DNA of 63,112 nt, counting the filler, from Hyphochytrium catenoides (Eukaryota; Protista; Hyphochytriomycota), in NCBI GenBank assembly GCA_900088475.1. It is 6 parts of 6 records of this genome, joined end to end, with 100 filler letters (N's around TTAATTAATTAA, not from the genome) between each part and the next. Parts side by side here need not be neighbours in the genome. Positions count along the whole stretch, not along the records: positions 1 to 20,260 come from FLMG01004275.1; 5 more parts are not named here. One strand, given 5' to 3'. The translations under genes were made by a program, and so were the position numbers. Shown one piece after another: positions 1 through 11,551 of this stretch; position 1 is the stretch's first letter, and each line of letters begins with the position of its first letter. The notes below the pieces were generated by a model. That model searched no databases and was not told where the DNA came from. It was given only the letters and a program-made list of their open reading frames with translations.

Positions 1-364
1 TTCTTTCTCTGCTTTCTCTTCGTCTCCGACTCTTCAGCACTGCGCTGTCTTCCTCTGCTGCCCGCCTCAAAGGTCACCCTATAGCCTCAATCTCCGCCAG
101 GTCACTTTCTCTGCGAAAAAGCTTCAAAATGCGACATAGCCGTTGGAGGAGACGCGGATGGAGCGCCGCAGAAAGCTTGAGAGAAGATCGGCGGATGAGT
201 GAGGCACTTTTTGGACATTGAAGCACCTGCTGCTGAATGAACAAGGGGCAGCGGGGGAGACAGAAGAGAGAGAAGAGCAACAAAGGAAGGAAGGAGATAG
301 ACAGAGAATGGCGAAGAGTCGGTAAAGACCAAGTGACAACGACAAAAGAAGAGGGAAGCGAAAG

Positions 365-409
365 AGAGAGAGAGACAGAGAGAGAGAGAAAGAAAGAGAG
401 AGAGAGAGA

Positions 410-470
<61 letters not shown>
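365..470 (+). repeat. (GA)n microsatellite
   Basis: Long, nearly pure GAGAGA tract. It produces the spurious SLSL/ERER ORFs in the ORF track. Confidence 0.95.
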
Positions 471-471
<1 letters not shown>

Positions 472-696
472 TAGGTCGTGATGGCAAGACGAAAGATCCC
501 TTCTGATAGTTGAACAGGCCAAGGTTTGAGAAAGAGTCATTAGATCTTAGGCTTAGTACTCTATAACCTCACTGATAGATGTGTGACTTACAAAAGATCA
601 GATTGCTTTTCCCACCAATCCCAAGGACCACTGTAACACCCCGAGTACGACTTGTCCCTGTATAGGGGACACTCCCCTTGGACGGAATACCATAAG

Positions 697-719
697 TTTA
701 GGGTTAGGGTTAGGGTTAG
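697..719 (+). repeat. Short interstitial telomere-like repeat (TTTAGGG TTAGGG TTAGGG TTAG)
   Basis: Read directly: tttagggttagggttagggttag. Confidence 0.7.
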
Positions 720-1499
720 AGAAAGCTCCGCCGACCCTGAGTGCAGGGGGACCAATCTCCAAGAGCGGGAACAACGAAGAGATCTCTCTGCCTTTTACAA
801 TTAGAACTGAAGGTTCCTACAGAAAGAAGGCTTAGGTTACGTCGCACATGTTATTCGGAACACCACGTTGTACGCACTGTTTTATATACAGTCTTTGGGT
901 AGAGAGTTTGGCAGTTATCCACCGACGAAGATCCAGAAAGAAGCTCAGCCAGACCATGACGATGAGACACAAGCGTAAGAAGCCATGGCAACGGCATGCG
1001 GCCTATAAGTGCTACTGCAGATAGACTGATCAATGCTAGTAGGGCGAAGAGCAGGGCGAGGATGTCGAAGAGTGCTAGTTAAAGTAGAAGGTTATTCCTC
1101 TGGTTTTGCTAGGCGATTTGTCGACGAAGACGTAGCAAAGACGAGGATGTTATCCGCCGACGGCTGGCCGCCTTTATCGCAATTCACAGGTCAATCTGAC
1201 GGTTAGCAAGAGGAGGCATGAGCTAGATGCAACATGAGGAGCTCGCAACCCACTTTCAAGAGCAGCGACGGCAATGACACTTAAGGCTATCTTATCGTAT
1301 GGTCAATCCCCTGTAAGTGTTATCTTGGCAGTCCATGGGCTCGGAGGCACACATCGAGTCCCCCACCTCGATGGTTAATTTGTCGTCTACTCTTGAGTCT
1401 TCATCAGCTGTTTATCCTCTTAGCGTGTGCTTGTAATGAGTACGGGATGCTAGGCCGCTACCCTGGAGGATAATGGGAACTAAGCTGATAAAAGTCTCT

Positions 1500-2950
1500 A
1501 TTTTTATGATAATCGTGGATACTGGAACATCTCCCGATCTCCGTTTGACACCAAAAATGACCAGAGCTTGTGGGCTTCTAAGCCACATAGCCTTCTGTTG
1601 CTTAGGCATCCCAATGTTAGAGGCCATTGCTCACAGCACAAGCTGCTTAAAAGTACCAAAATGGCAGGATGAGAGATACGGAAGGCGCCCTAGCTTCTCG
1701 CGTTATTGGTCGCTTCTTCGTTGGGATGAGGACGTGAGGTCTCAGCGGGAATGCACCTGGTTCCCACCTGAAAGGAGACTGAAGAAGCAAACGCGTTTCT
1801 ACGATGAGCTATATATCACTATGCCCCCAAAAGTGGTAGTTGATGGCCGCCCGGAAGTCAATGATAACCTTCGCTATGTCTCTCCGTGCTCTGAGACGCC
1901 TACCTGTTGCTGAACCTATCTATTACGTTTGTTGCTTTGACTGGCATTTCTATCGGGCAAGGCGGCAGCAGGGCCGACACGAGTTTGTCTGTCACACTAA
2001 GTCCCATGTAGGGTCGAAGCCAACATCGATGGGAAAGCGGTTTTTATTAGCCATCCTACATGCTGTTGCTGTCGCCGCAAGAGAATAACAGGCAGTAGAG
2101 GTGCCCGGCACTGAAGGGTAGCGGCTTCTTCCGGTTGCCACCGGTTACGATTCAAAGCTGGTGTGCAAAAGACGGATAAGGTGGAGAGAGCTCTTGTGAG
2201 GTCAGCTCCCCGTCCACCCTCATCTTTCTTTTTTGTTCCGTGAAAAGCGGGCACGGCTATTACTGTCGATGCTCGTCATCCAAACGACTCGATCGCTATC
2301 ATCTTTGTTCCGTTCGTTCGAAGAGAAAGACGAGCCATCATGGGATTCTCTAAAATTCTTTCATGAGGTGAAGGAGGCTAACTTTGAATAATGTAGGAGC
2401 CAGAGCCAGGCAGAACTCATCCGCAGGCAAAAGATATCAGCTCTCAACACCAAGAGAATCCGGGAGAGGGGTAACAAGACCACCTTTTGTGCCAATAGGA
2501 AGGTTGTTAGCCTGAGATTCCTTGAAGTACTTGATAGAAGGGTTACGGGGTTTGGTGGTTCATTCGCGGAAGAGTTTGGCTGGCATGGTCACACCAGGAT
2601 CGCTGGCGCGTATTGCCCGTAGCGATATACGCTACGCTTTGGACACTCCTTAAGGTCCCTAATAACGCACTGCAGCACGCTTCAAGAATGTACCTATACT
2701 TATAGAAAACCGGATGGTTAGAAAGAATCCCTTCTTGTTGGCGGTCAGATCGGAAGATCATTGATGAGCTCTCTGGACAAGGAGTCCCTCTAAAATCCTC
2801 ACCGCTAGGAACTAGTTCCTACTGCCTCTTCTGACAAGGTTCCTTGATCAGTACCGCCGGTCATGACTTTCCGTCTCCCCTCGTAGAACCATTTCCGGAG
2901 CCTCTTTGTGGAATCTTTTGTAACTCTACGTGCCGCCACCCCTCAGCTGC
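1500..2950 (+). mobile_element. Possible heavily decayed non-LTR (LINE) ORF2 remnant, APE endonuclease to linker region
   Basis: Frameshifted fragments appear in the expected order: GYWNISRS (~GTWNVRSL) near 1515, EEANAFYDEL..PKVVVDG..EVNDN (~EEKEAFYDEL..VILGDFN..NDNG) at about 1780-1870, and *NHFRSLF (~RW.EHF..L) at about 2884. Many stops and frameshifts. Confidence 0.35.
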
Positions 2951-3939
2951 TTGCAGCCCTGCGGTGCAAAGGACGTACGCACGGGCAGATCAGTAAGCAT
3001 CGCCTTGGGGATCCGATGCCAATAGCACTGGAGACTCTTCACTTCTTCTATTCCTCTACAGAGAGCATAGCTTGAAGTTGCCAGAGCTCAAGATTTGATG
3101 GAGACAGCCAGCGCGGATGCATTCACACAAAGCAGATCAGGAAACAGTAGAACTATGAGGAAGAGCAACGAAGTGCACTTCATCGCAACAGAGAAACGGA
3201 TGGAACAGATGTCTTCCTAGCCAACAAGGTTCTAGGGAAGGGCGAGCCATCAAGGTACATAAATCATTTATTGTTTATTAGATGTTTGATGCGGGCAGTT
3301 CTAAATTTCTAAACGTAAGGATAAGTCGTCTAGATTTCTAAATGCTGCCATGAGGATGCAAGGCATTGTGCTTGCGGCACCCGCAGGCCTAAGATATTCG
3401 AACCCTCGCTTGTCCATTATTGGACAGGTCCAAAGACTCGCAAAGCTTATCCTCTCTTCTGATTGGCTGACAGGAAGAGGAGCTCTACTAGCGCGGAAGA
3501 TTTGGCCGAAGCCTGCCGCTGTGACATTGTTTTGTGAGTGCAGAAAAGGTTATAGTCGGGTTGTACACATCTATTCTAGTAAATTCTCCCTATTTTCGAT
3601 TAGAGGCCGTAGAGAACTACTGAGTAATAATGAAGCTAACGATAACCCCTAGGGATCTCCTTTGGCTTTTTCTAAAAATGTCTGACGTTAGGTTTATTAT
3701 AATAACTCCGACATTGCTGCCGCCAATTGCCGAATAAAATCATGCCCCTCCTTTGATTTCGTTCTGTTCTGTTGTATCTTCTTGAGCGAAGAACAAGTTC
3801 CGTCCCAAATTTTGTCTGCCCTCAGCCTCATCATCGCGGTCATGGCCGTCATCATTGCCTTGTGCCGCTTTCGACAGCAGAGGAAAGAGGAAGAGAAGAG
3901 CAAAGAAGAGAAGATGCTGTTCTGTTGGCCAAGTCTCTC

Positions 3940-3993
<54 letters not shown>

Positions 3994-4587
3994 CTCTCCC
4001 TCTCTCTGCCCTCTCGTTTTCTCTCTCTCTCTCTCTCGTGGTCCGTCTCTTCTTCGCTCTTTGCTCTCTACGGAAGTTCTCATCAGAACCCAGCTCTCTG
4101 TCTCTGTTGCTCTCCTCTCCTTGTCATCTGTCTCCCCAATGTCCCACTGTTCTGTTGGTACTTGTTTACCTTCTTGGTCTCTTTTTCCTTGGCCGGTTGA
4201 TTTTGATCAACATCTCTTTCTCTTTCTTCTCTCTCTCTTGTTGTTGCTCTCTCGCTCTCTCTCTTTCTCTTTCCTCTCTCTCCCTCTCTCTCTCCCGCGC
4301 ATAGCGCCCTGAGACGGTAATCGGCATCTCTGGGTCGGGGATACATCTTGGAAGACCTGGATCGTGCGGATAATAAACAGAAGGCAACAACAGTTATTGG
4401 CAACTCGAAGTGCTTGCACTCCAATCCTAGCGCCCGCTATGCATGCCAGACAGGCATCTATAGGCTCATTGAGGTTTGGGCCCGACTGAGCTCGTGCCTT
4501 GGGATCTCATAGAGAAAGAGAGACATTCGGCGGGGCTTATCAGTAGTATTTGGAGCTGAGCGATCCCGCTCAAGCTCTTCGAACAAA

Positions 4588-7500
4588 ATGGCCGCTCCGC
4601 GCTATTCAGCGTTGGAGCAGCAGCAGGTCATGTGGGAGAAGGCAATGAAGCTTGTAAGCTTAGGAATAGATCTGCAGGTAAGCAAGCGCACCCATCCAGC
4701 TCTATCTCCGCTTACGGCTGGTCCTCAAAACGACACCATCCTGGTCCCTTGTCTCCGCCCGCACAGTCACATGGAGACATCATTGCTGCTGAAGAGAGCC
4801 TACAACAAGCTGTTCTTATCATGGAGTCTGCCTTGACCGACATCCAATACCATCCCAGCGAACTAGAGCAAGCCCAGAAGTGAGTGTACAAGGTCAATAA
4901 TGGTATAGAGAGGGACAGTAGGGCTGACCTGGCTGACTTTTGAACAGGTTGAACAAGAAGATGAAGCGGTACATCAAAATGATCAAGAGCCAACAGAGAG
5001 AGCCAACTTCACCGCCAGAGCAGGCTGCGCGGGGTACGCTGAAGGGAAGAACCCATCGCGTCAATATTGTCAACTGGGCAAATCCTCCTCAGGCAATGAT
5101 ACCTGTACTGCGCGCCCTTGAGAGGTANNNNNNNNNNNNNNNNNNNNNNNNNNNNNNNNNNNNNNNNNNNNNNNNNNNNNNNNNNNNNNNNNNNNNNNNN
5201 NNNNNNNNNNNNNNNNNNNNNNNNTCTCTTTGGTCTTTTCCAGTCCTCAACCTACTTTCACGCACTTTTCTTTAATGTACGCATCTCGCTCGTTCCTTCC
5301 TGGTATATCCGTCTTGCTTCTTCCCTTTTTGAGCTCTTATAAGCTCCTCAGCCGCTGCTCAACCTTGGGACCCTAGCGGCCCTCAAGCCCGATACCTCTC
5401 TTTGCTATGTGAACTCTTTTGCTTTCGTTCCAACTTGCTGCACCTACTTACTCTTTGTTTTACTGCAGCTCTCCAGCATGTGGGGATATCTTGGGAACGT
5501 TGTGTCGACTCTTTGGCTTCCAGGAGCAGAATGCATTGAACCAGAGGGAGAATGTCGCCCTGCTTGTCACCAATCAAAAGCTGCAGGCCCAGCCTCCAGG
5601 TTACGTGCAGCCGGAGGCAGCATCCGCTGCAGGAGATAGAGAAGAAGAGAGAGGTTTGCAGGAGGCGATAGGAAAGGTGCACTCCCACTTGTTTGATAAT
5701 TATCGAAAGTGGTGCAAATACATGGGCATGAAGCCAAACTTCTCTCCCGACCCGCTAGTGGACGTGGTTCTCTTCTTCCTCATCTGGGGAGAAGCAGCAA
5801 ACTTCCGCCAGACGCCCGAGTTTCTCTGCTTTCTCTTCCATAAAATGAGCAGATCTGCATCCACTTGCCTAGGAAGGGACTTTGAAACTCTTGCGCCGGG
5901 TAAGAAAGAAGCGCCTGGAGACCGATCTATCTTCTAGAAGTGACCCTTTCTACGGGCCTTAAGCTGAAACCCGGACGCCGCTGGCATGAACTTATTGTCT
6001 TTTCTTCCTGCAGACAATCTTCTTACTCTGATTTCCATACCTCTGCTTCATACTTTGACATGCGTTCATCCGGTCGTAGTTTGGGAACGGTAGAGGCTAA
6101 GCCTTGGGGCGTTGAGCCTCGCTTACTTCTTCCGTCTCGTGCTCATCTACCGTCGCATCTTAGGCTCATTTCTTAGCGGTGTAATCAAGCCAATGTATGC
6201 CGAGCTCAGCCGCGAGAACAATAAGAAGACCGCCAAAGGCATCAGAGCCGACCACGTGAGGATCATGAACTATGATGACTTCAACGAGGTAAGTAATTCC
6301 TGGCCTTTCTTTTAGGCACCGCCTCCGTAATGCAGTGTCTTGACTTATCTTAGCACTTTGTACCGCGCCAGACCCAAGCTCAATCTAGTGAATAACCCTC
6401 TCTTTCTCCTTGCTTCTCTCTGGATAGTTCTTCTGGGCAAAAAAGTGTCTCAAGTATGAGCCCAACAATGTGGCGAGTGCGTTCACCCCGAGTGCTAAAG
6501 GCGCGAGTAAAATGGCCAAGAAGACTTTCAAGGAGAAAAGAGGCTGGACCTCCGCCTGTCTTGCCTATGGCCGCATCTTCCTCTTCAACTGCGCGCTCTT
6601 TCTTGCGACGGTGGCCTTCTCTTTGAACATGACGGCCATCTGTCCTCAGGCAAATGTCCTCTACACACTGCATCCCCCTCCAATCTTTAGAAACTATAGC
6701 TTCCTCGACCATCCTCTCCAAGTGCTTCCGTCCAATCTGCCATCAGATCACTGGAATAATCTGGTGAAGAAGAAGGCGGACTTAGATCAGAAAGGACCTG
6801 ACAAGGCACCTCGTTCCTGCTCTGTGGGCGCACTAGCTCGCTGTCTGGGAACCACAGTGGCAGTGCTGACTAATACTAAGACTACCTCTACAGCGAAGGG
6901 TAGTAAGAGCGAGACCTCCAGCGCCACTATTGTGGACTTTCCATCTCTGAACTTCGTGATGGACTTTGGACTCTCTTCCAGCACGGAGGGCTGTGTTTCA
7001 TCGAGCACTGGCAGGTGTCAATGCTACTTAAACAAGGTAAGATGACCAGGCGCCTAAAATAGAGAAAAACACCGAGACATCCCCTGTCGCTTCGTTAATC
7101 CTACGTCCATGACTGCTTTGGACTACGCCACTTTCATCGTCTCTCTTTCTGCTGCACCGTATCTATTAACTGATTGGATCCCTGCTTATCTCCTTTCCCT
7201 ACCTTTAGATTGAGAAGTGCTTCAGCCAGAAAGGAAGTTTCCGTTATAGCAATGGCACCTTGGACACCAAACGACAGATGGACCAGAAAACTTGCAAGGA
7301 GATAACACAAGTCAAAACCTTCTACGACAGCGCGAAGAGAGTCATCAATGATGCTGGACCAGGCCTTCTGAACTGCAATAAGTGCAACTTGGCGCTCTCC
7401 TCAATCTTAGACTTTGGAGGAGGGAAAAAGCCTGTTCTTGATCTTATTATGGAGCTTAATCCTCTTCAAAAAAGCGCAATGATAGTGCCGCAAGCGAAGA

Positions 7501-10500
7501 ACGGAAAGGAAGAGACGAGCTTCACGCGGCTGATTGTCTGTGCGGCAGGCGTCGCACTGCTGGCTATCTTCATCATTCTTGAGCTGCAGCGATGTCTATG
7601 CAGTGGAGGTACTAACGGGACGGCTCTGACCGCGTATCTATTTCTTCCCTGCCTCTATCTATCACCTATAGGAGAGAACTTCACCTTATATTTGTGGCGT
7701 TATAAGTGTTCTTTGACGTTGCTGCTGGCCACTTTACCGTTCTCAAGTTGGTGGACGAACGTCAACCGTTCTCCTTATGACTCTTGCTTTCCCTTTCTTA
7801 TAATACTGGCTGCAGTCATTTCTTTCCCCTGCAGTAACAAAGCCTGTTCAATTCATCCTCATGCGTCCATTTTGTCATCCTCCTTGCCGCAGTGGGGATT
7901 GGATTCATCGGGCGCAAGCTTCGCGTGCCTACCGGCGCTTATTGGCGGTACACCTGCTTCTGGATCTTCCTCTACCTCTTCAAGCTCATTGTCTCTTATC
8001 AAGTGATGGTCAAGCCGCTGGTTGAAGCCTCGGTGTTCATTGTCAACTATCCTCACGATAGAGCTCAGGAGAGCTACCACTTTCTTATCCCGACCGACAT
8101 CTTCCAGGCAGACTATCTGGCGGCCATCTGGATCCCTGTCTGGCTTGTATTTATGTACGACGTGCAGATCTGGTACTCTATCTTCTCGGTCATCGTAGGC
8201 GGAGTTCGAGGCTTTAACCTTAGGGTAGGCGAAGTAAGGTCATTCCGGCTGTTGAGACAGACTTTCCGGACCATTCCCGACCTATTCAACAAGAAGATCG
8301 TGCCCAATATTGAGGAGAGAAACAACGATAAGAGAAGAAAGAAGCTGCAGAGGAAACAGAGCCAACCGGGCAATGCCGACTTCGCGCCGCTTCGAAGGTT
8401 TGAGCGCGTCTCATACTCAGAGGGGAACGACCCACTTTTAGCAGAGGCGAAGAAGTATTCTGCGCTGTTGGACCGCTCTCTAGAGAAGTATAACAGAAAC
8501 AGGATGGATCGTAATCATGAGAGACCGTCTATACGGTCATCATCAGTGTCAACCTCGGTTACATCTTCTTCCTCTCCGGTTGGGCTTGTCGGTAGGTTTT
8601 GCACTTCTCTTTTTCTATCCATCCCTTGTTTTCTTGGGCCATCTCTCTCTCTCTCTCTTCCCCTTGTGAGCCTTTGTCTAAAAACCGGAAACACTTCTTA
8701 GATGACTCTTTCCGCCCGATCAACTGCTTTGCCTGAACCTCTCTGGCCCAGGTCCTGCATTTGATCGGAGCATTGCGTTTGCCATGGCGTGGAACAGAGC
8801 TCTCGAGACGCTAAGGGAGGCTGACGTTATCTCCAACAGAGAGCTCAACGTTTTGAGGTAGGGCTTGAGCTGTGGACCTCGCCCCCCTAATCCTCGTCCT
8901 CCTCCTTCTTTCTCTCTCTCTCTCTTTCTCTCTCTAACTCTCTCTCTCTCTCTTTCTTTCTTGTTCTCTCCCATTCTTGTCTGGAGTGCTTCCTGCTAAG
9001 TTGGGACTCTTTCTAAGACCTAAGTTATCATCTTTTGTTCTTTTCGACAGAAAATTTGCGGTCATAGTCCCCCGTTTCTGTCTGTCAATGCTCTCTCTTA
9101 CTTCTTCCTTCTGCGTTGTAGCTATCTTATCGATTCAAAGGACGAAGAGTCTCTGGAGCAGCGCCGGCTGTACATGCCTGCTTTCCTCACTGCTGGCAAA
9201 CTTGATGAGTCTATTGACATCATAGAGCAGTGCGCCGCCACCGCAGCTAGACTGAACCAGGACAGCAAGAAGAGAAAGAAGACTAAGCACGTTCAAAAAA
9301 TAGAGGCAGCGATGAGAGAAAGACTGCTGAAAGATGGTCTGAGAGTAGAAGCAGTGTTAGGGAGTTACGCTTTCGCTTCGCAGGTAAGAATATGCCTCAA
9401 ACTCTCCTCTTTTTCTCATCAACGCTCCGTCTTATGGGCGAGACACCTTAGACTTTGTGCTTAGAAATAGCTCTGAATGCTCACCATCCTGTGTATCAGG
9501 TGTTGTTTCTCTTGTTAGGAGAAGAACATGAGCAAGACCTTCTGCCAGCTTTCCACTTTATAGAGCAATCCATAACCAACGGAACGGCGCTGCAGGATCT
9601 GGATCTCACCAACCTACACGAGCTCCGGACTTGCTGCTCAGAGCTGATGAGGGTAAGAAGAGTCTCCGCTTCCTATTCTTAGGCTCTGCTTTTTGTCCTA
9701 CTCCGGTCCGCTCTATCATTTATGAGGTCGATCTCACATGTTCTCCCCTCCTCTTGCGTGGGTTCTCTCTCGGGTCCCAGGCTATCTTAGAAGAGGTTCC
9801 TGACAAGCCCGGCTCCGAGGAGAGCATCAAGTTCCAGCGCGGCGTTTACTTTGTAATTGGCTGCGTAGAGAGTGTGTTGCATGAGTTGAAGAGAGTCCTT
9901 TCTGGGAGAGAAGATCTAGTCAAGAGGCTGGAAGAGACGCCTTTCCGGCCTAACTCCTTCTTCTTTCCCGGAGACCAAGGGCATCAGTACGCTGCTAAGC
10001 AGCTCAGCGCTGTGGTCAATGATGGCGCTGTAAGAGACGTTGTGTCTAGGGCTTACTACCTGCTTAGCGTTGATAACCTGGTAAGTGCATTGCTCCGTCT
10101 CCCTCTTTCTCCATTTCCTATATTCACATTCTGCGACCTCTTTGTGTCGCTTGCTTCGCCGTATCTGTTGGCTCTAAGACTTTATCCCAGCACTTACGAG
10201 TCAGTACCCTTCAAGGCCTCAATGCTTTTCAAGTCCTCATGGTCCTCGTTTCTACTCTCTCTCTCTCTCTCTTTCTCTCTCGCTCCCCCTCTCTCTCTCT
10301 ATCTCTTTTCTAGGATGCCGAGCCCCGGTCAGAAGAGGGTCGCCGTCGACTTCGGTTCTTCACCAACTCTCTCTTCATGGATATGCCACTGGCTAGAGCG
10401 TTAAAGCAGATGAGAAGTTTTGGCGTGTGCACTCCGTACTATGGAGAGATTGTGCTCTACTCTCTTAAGAACCTTTTGGAAGAGAACAAGGAAGGAATGA

Positions 10501-11493
10501 AGCTTCTCTTTTATCTCGCCACTATCTATCCCTTTGAGTGGGCGAACTTCTTAGAGAGAATTGGCGCAAGTGACACAGACTCGGCGGTCAGAAAGAGTCC
10601 GGAAGAAGTGCGTCTCTGGGCTTCCTACAGAGGACAGACACTGGCGCGCACCGTGCGGGGGATGATGTACTACGAGGATGTCATCCGGTTCTTGCACTGG
10701 CTGGAGATAGGTAAAGAACACACGGGGGCAGAGGGAGAGAGAGATGAGAGAGAGAGAATGAAGGTCTTTTCAACTAACCTTCATGCTTTTCAAGAGCAAA
10801 CCTCCTCTGCAACCTTCCTGGTGTGCTATGTGTCTGGGTCTGTCCTTCCCTGTAGAAGCCTGCATGCCTTTGCCAAGACTCTTTTCCTGGTTCCTGATTT
10901 TCGTAACCACTGCCACGACCGCCGAGTGTACCGCCGATCGTACCGCTCATCGGGTGCTCACAACATTCTCTCTCTTCCTCTATATCCCTTCTTCTCCTCC
11001 TGCTCGTGCCTGCCACCGGCTCTGTTGTCTCTCTCTCTCTCTCTCTCTCCGCTCGCCGATATGTAGGTGAGGATGAACTGATGCACATTTCTGGTTGCAC
11101 TTGCAACAAGTGCCGTAGATTGGACGAGATGGTAGACCTCAAATTCTCTTACGTCTGCACCTGTCAAATCTATGGGAAGATGAAGGACGAACAGCGGCAG
11201 CAGGCGCTGGACATCGACCAGTTGCTCCACATGCATAGCAGAATGCTGAGAGTTGCCTATGTGGACGGTCCCAAGAAGGTCAAGGAAGGGCCTCCAAAGT
11301 ACTTCTCTGTTCTCATTAAGAGCTCTGAGGGAAGGGTCGTAGAAGGTACGGAGAGAGAGAGGGTCCATCTGTACGAGGTGGCTGTCCACCGTAACCTCCT
11401 TCTCTCTTGGAAAGCTGCCTTCCTACTCTGAAAACTCTGTTGATACTCTTGGCGTCTTACTTCCGAAGTGGCTCTTCTCTGTCTGTCTGTCTG

Positions 11494-11551
<58 letters not shown>

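Noticed and set aside
74-540. ORFs rich in SLSLSL / ERERER (also about 3700-4420, 11407-11806, 17365-20076, 35021-35444, 61925-62842)
   Set aside because: These are translations of (CT)n/(GA)n microsatellites in introns or intergenic DNA, not proteins.
632-643. TGTAACACCCCG resembling a Ty3/gypsy LTR start
   Set aside because: No matching inverted end, second LTR, PBS or gag/pol motifs were found.
3782-3945. Short TM-plus-basic segment (ILSALSLIIAVMAVIIALCRFRQQRK)
   Set aside because: No ATG-led or spliced model. It runs into a microsatellite, and the charged part is GA-repeat derived.
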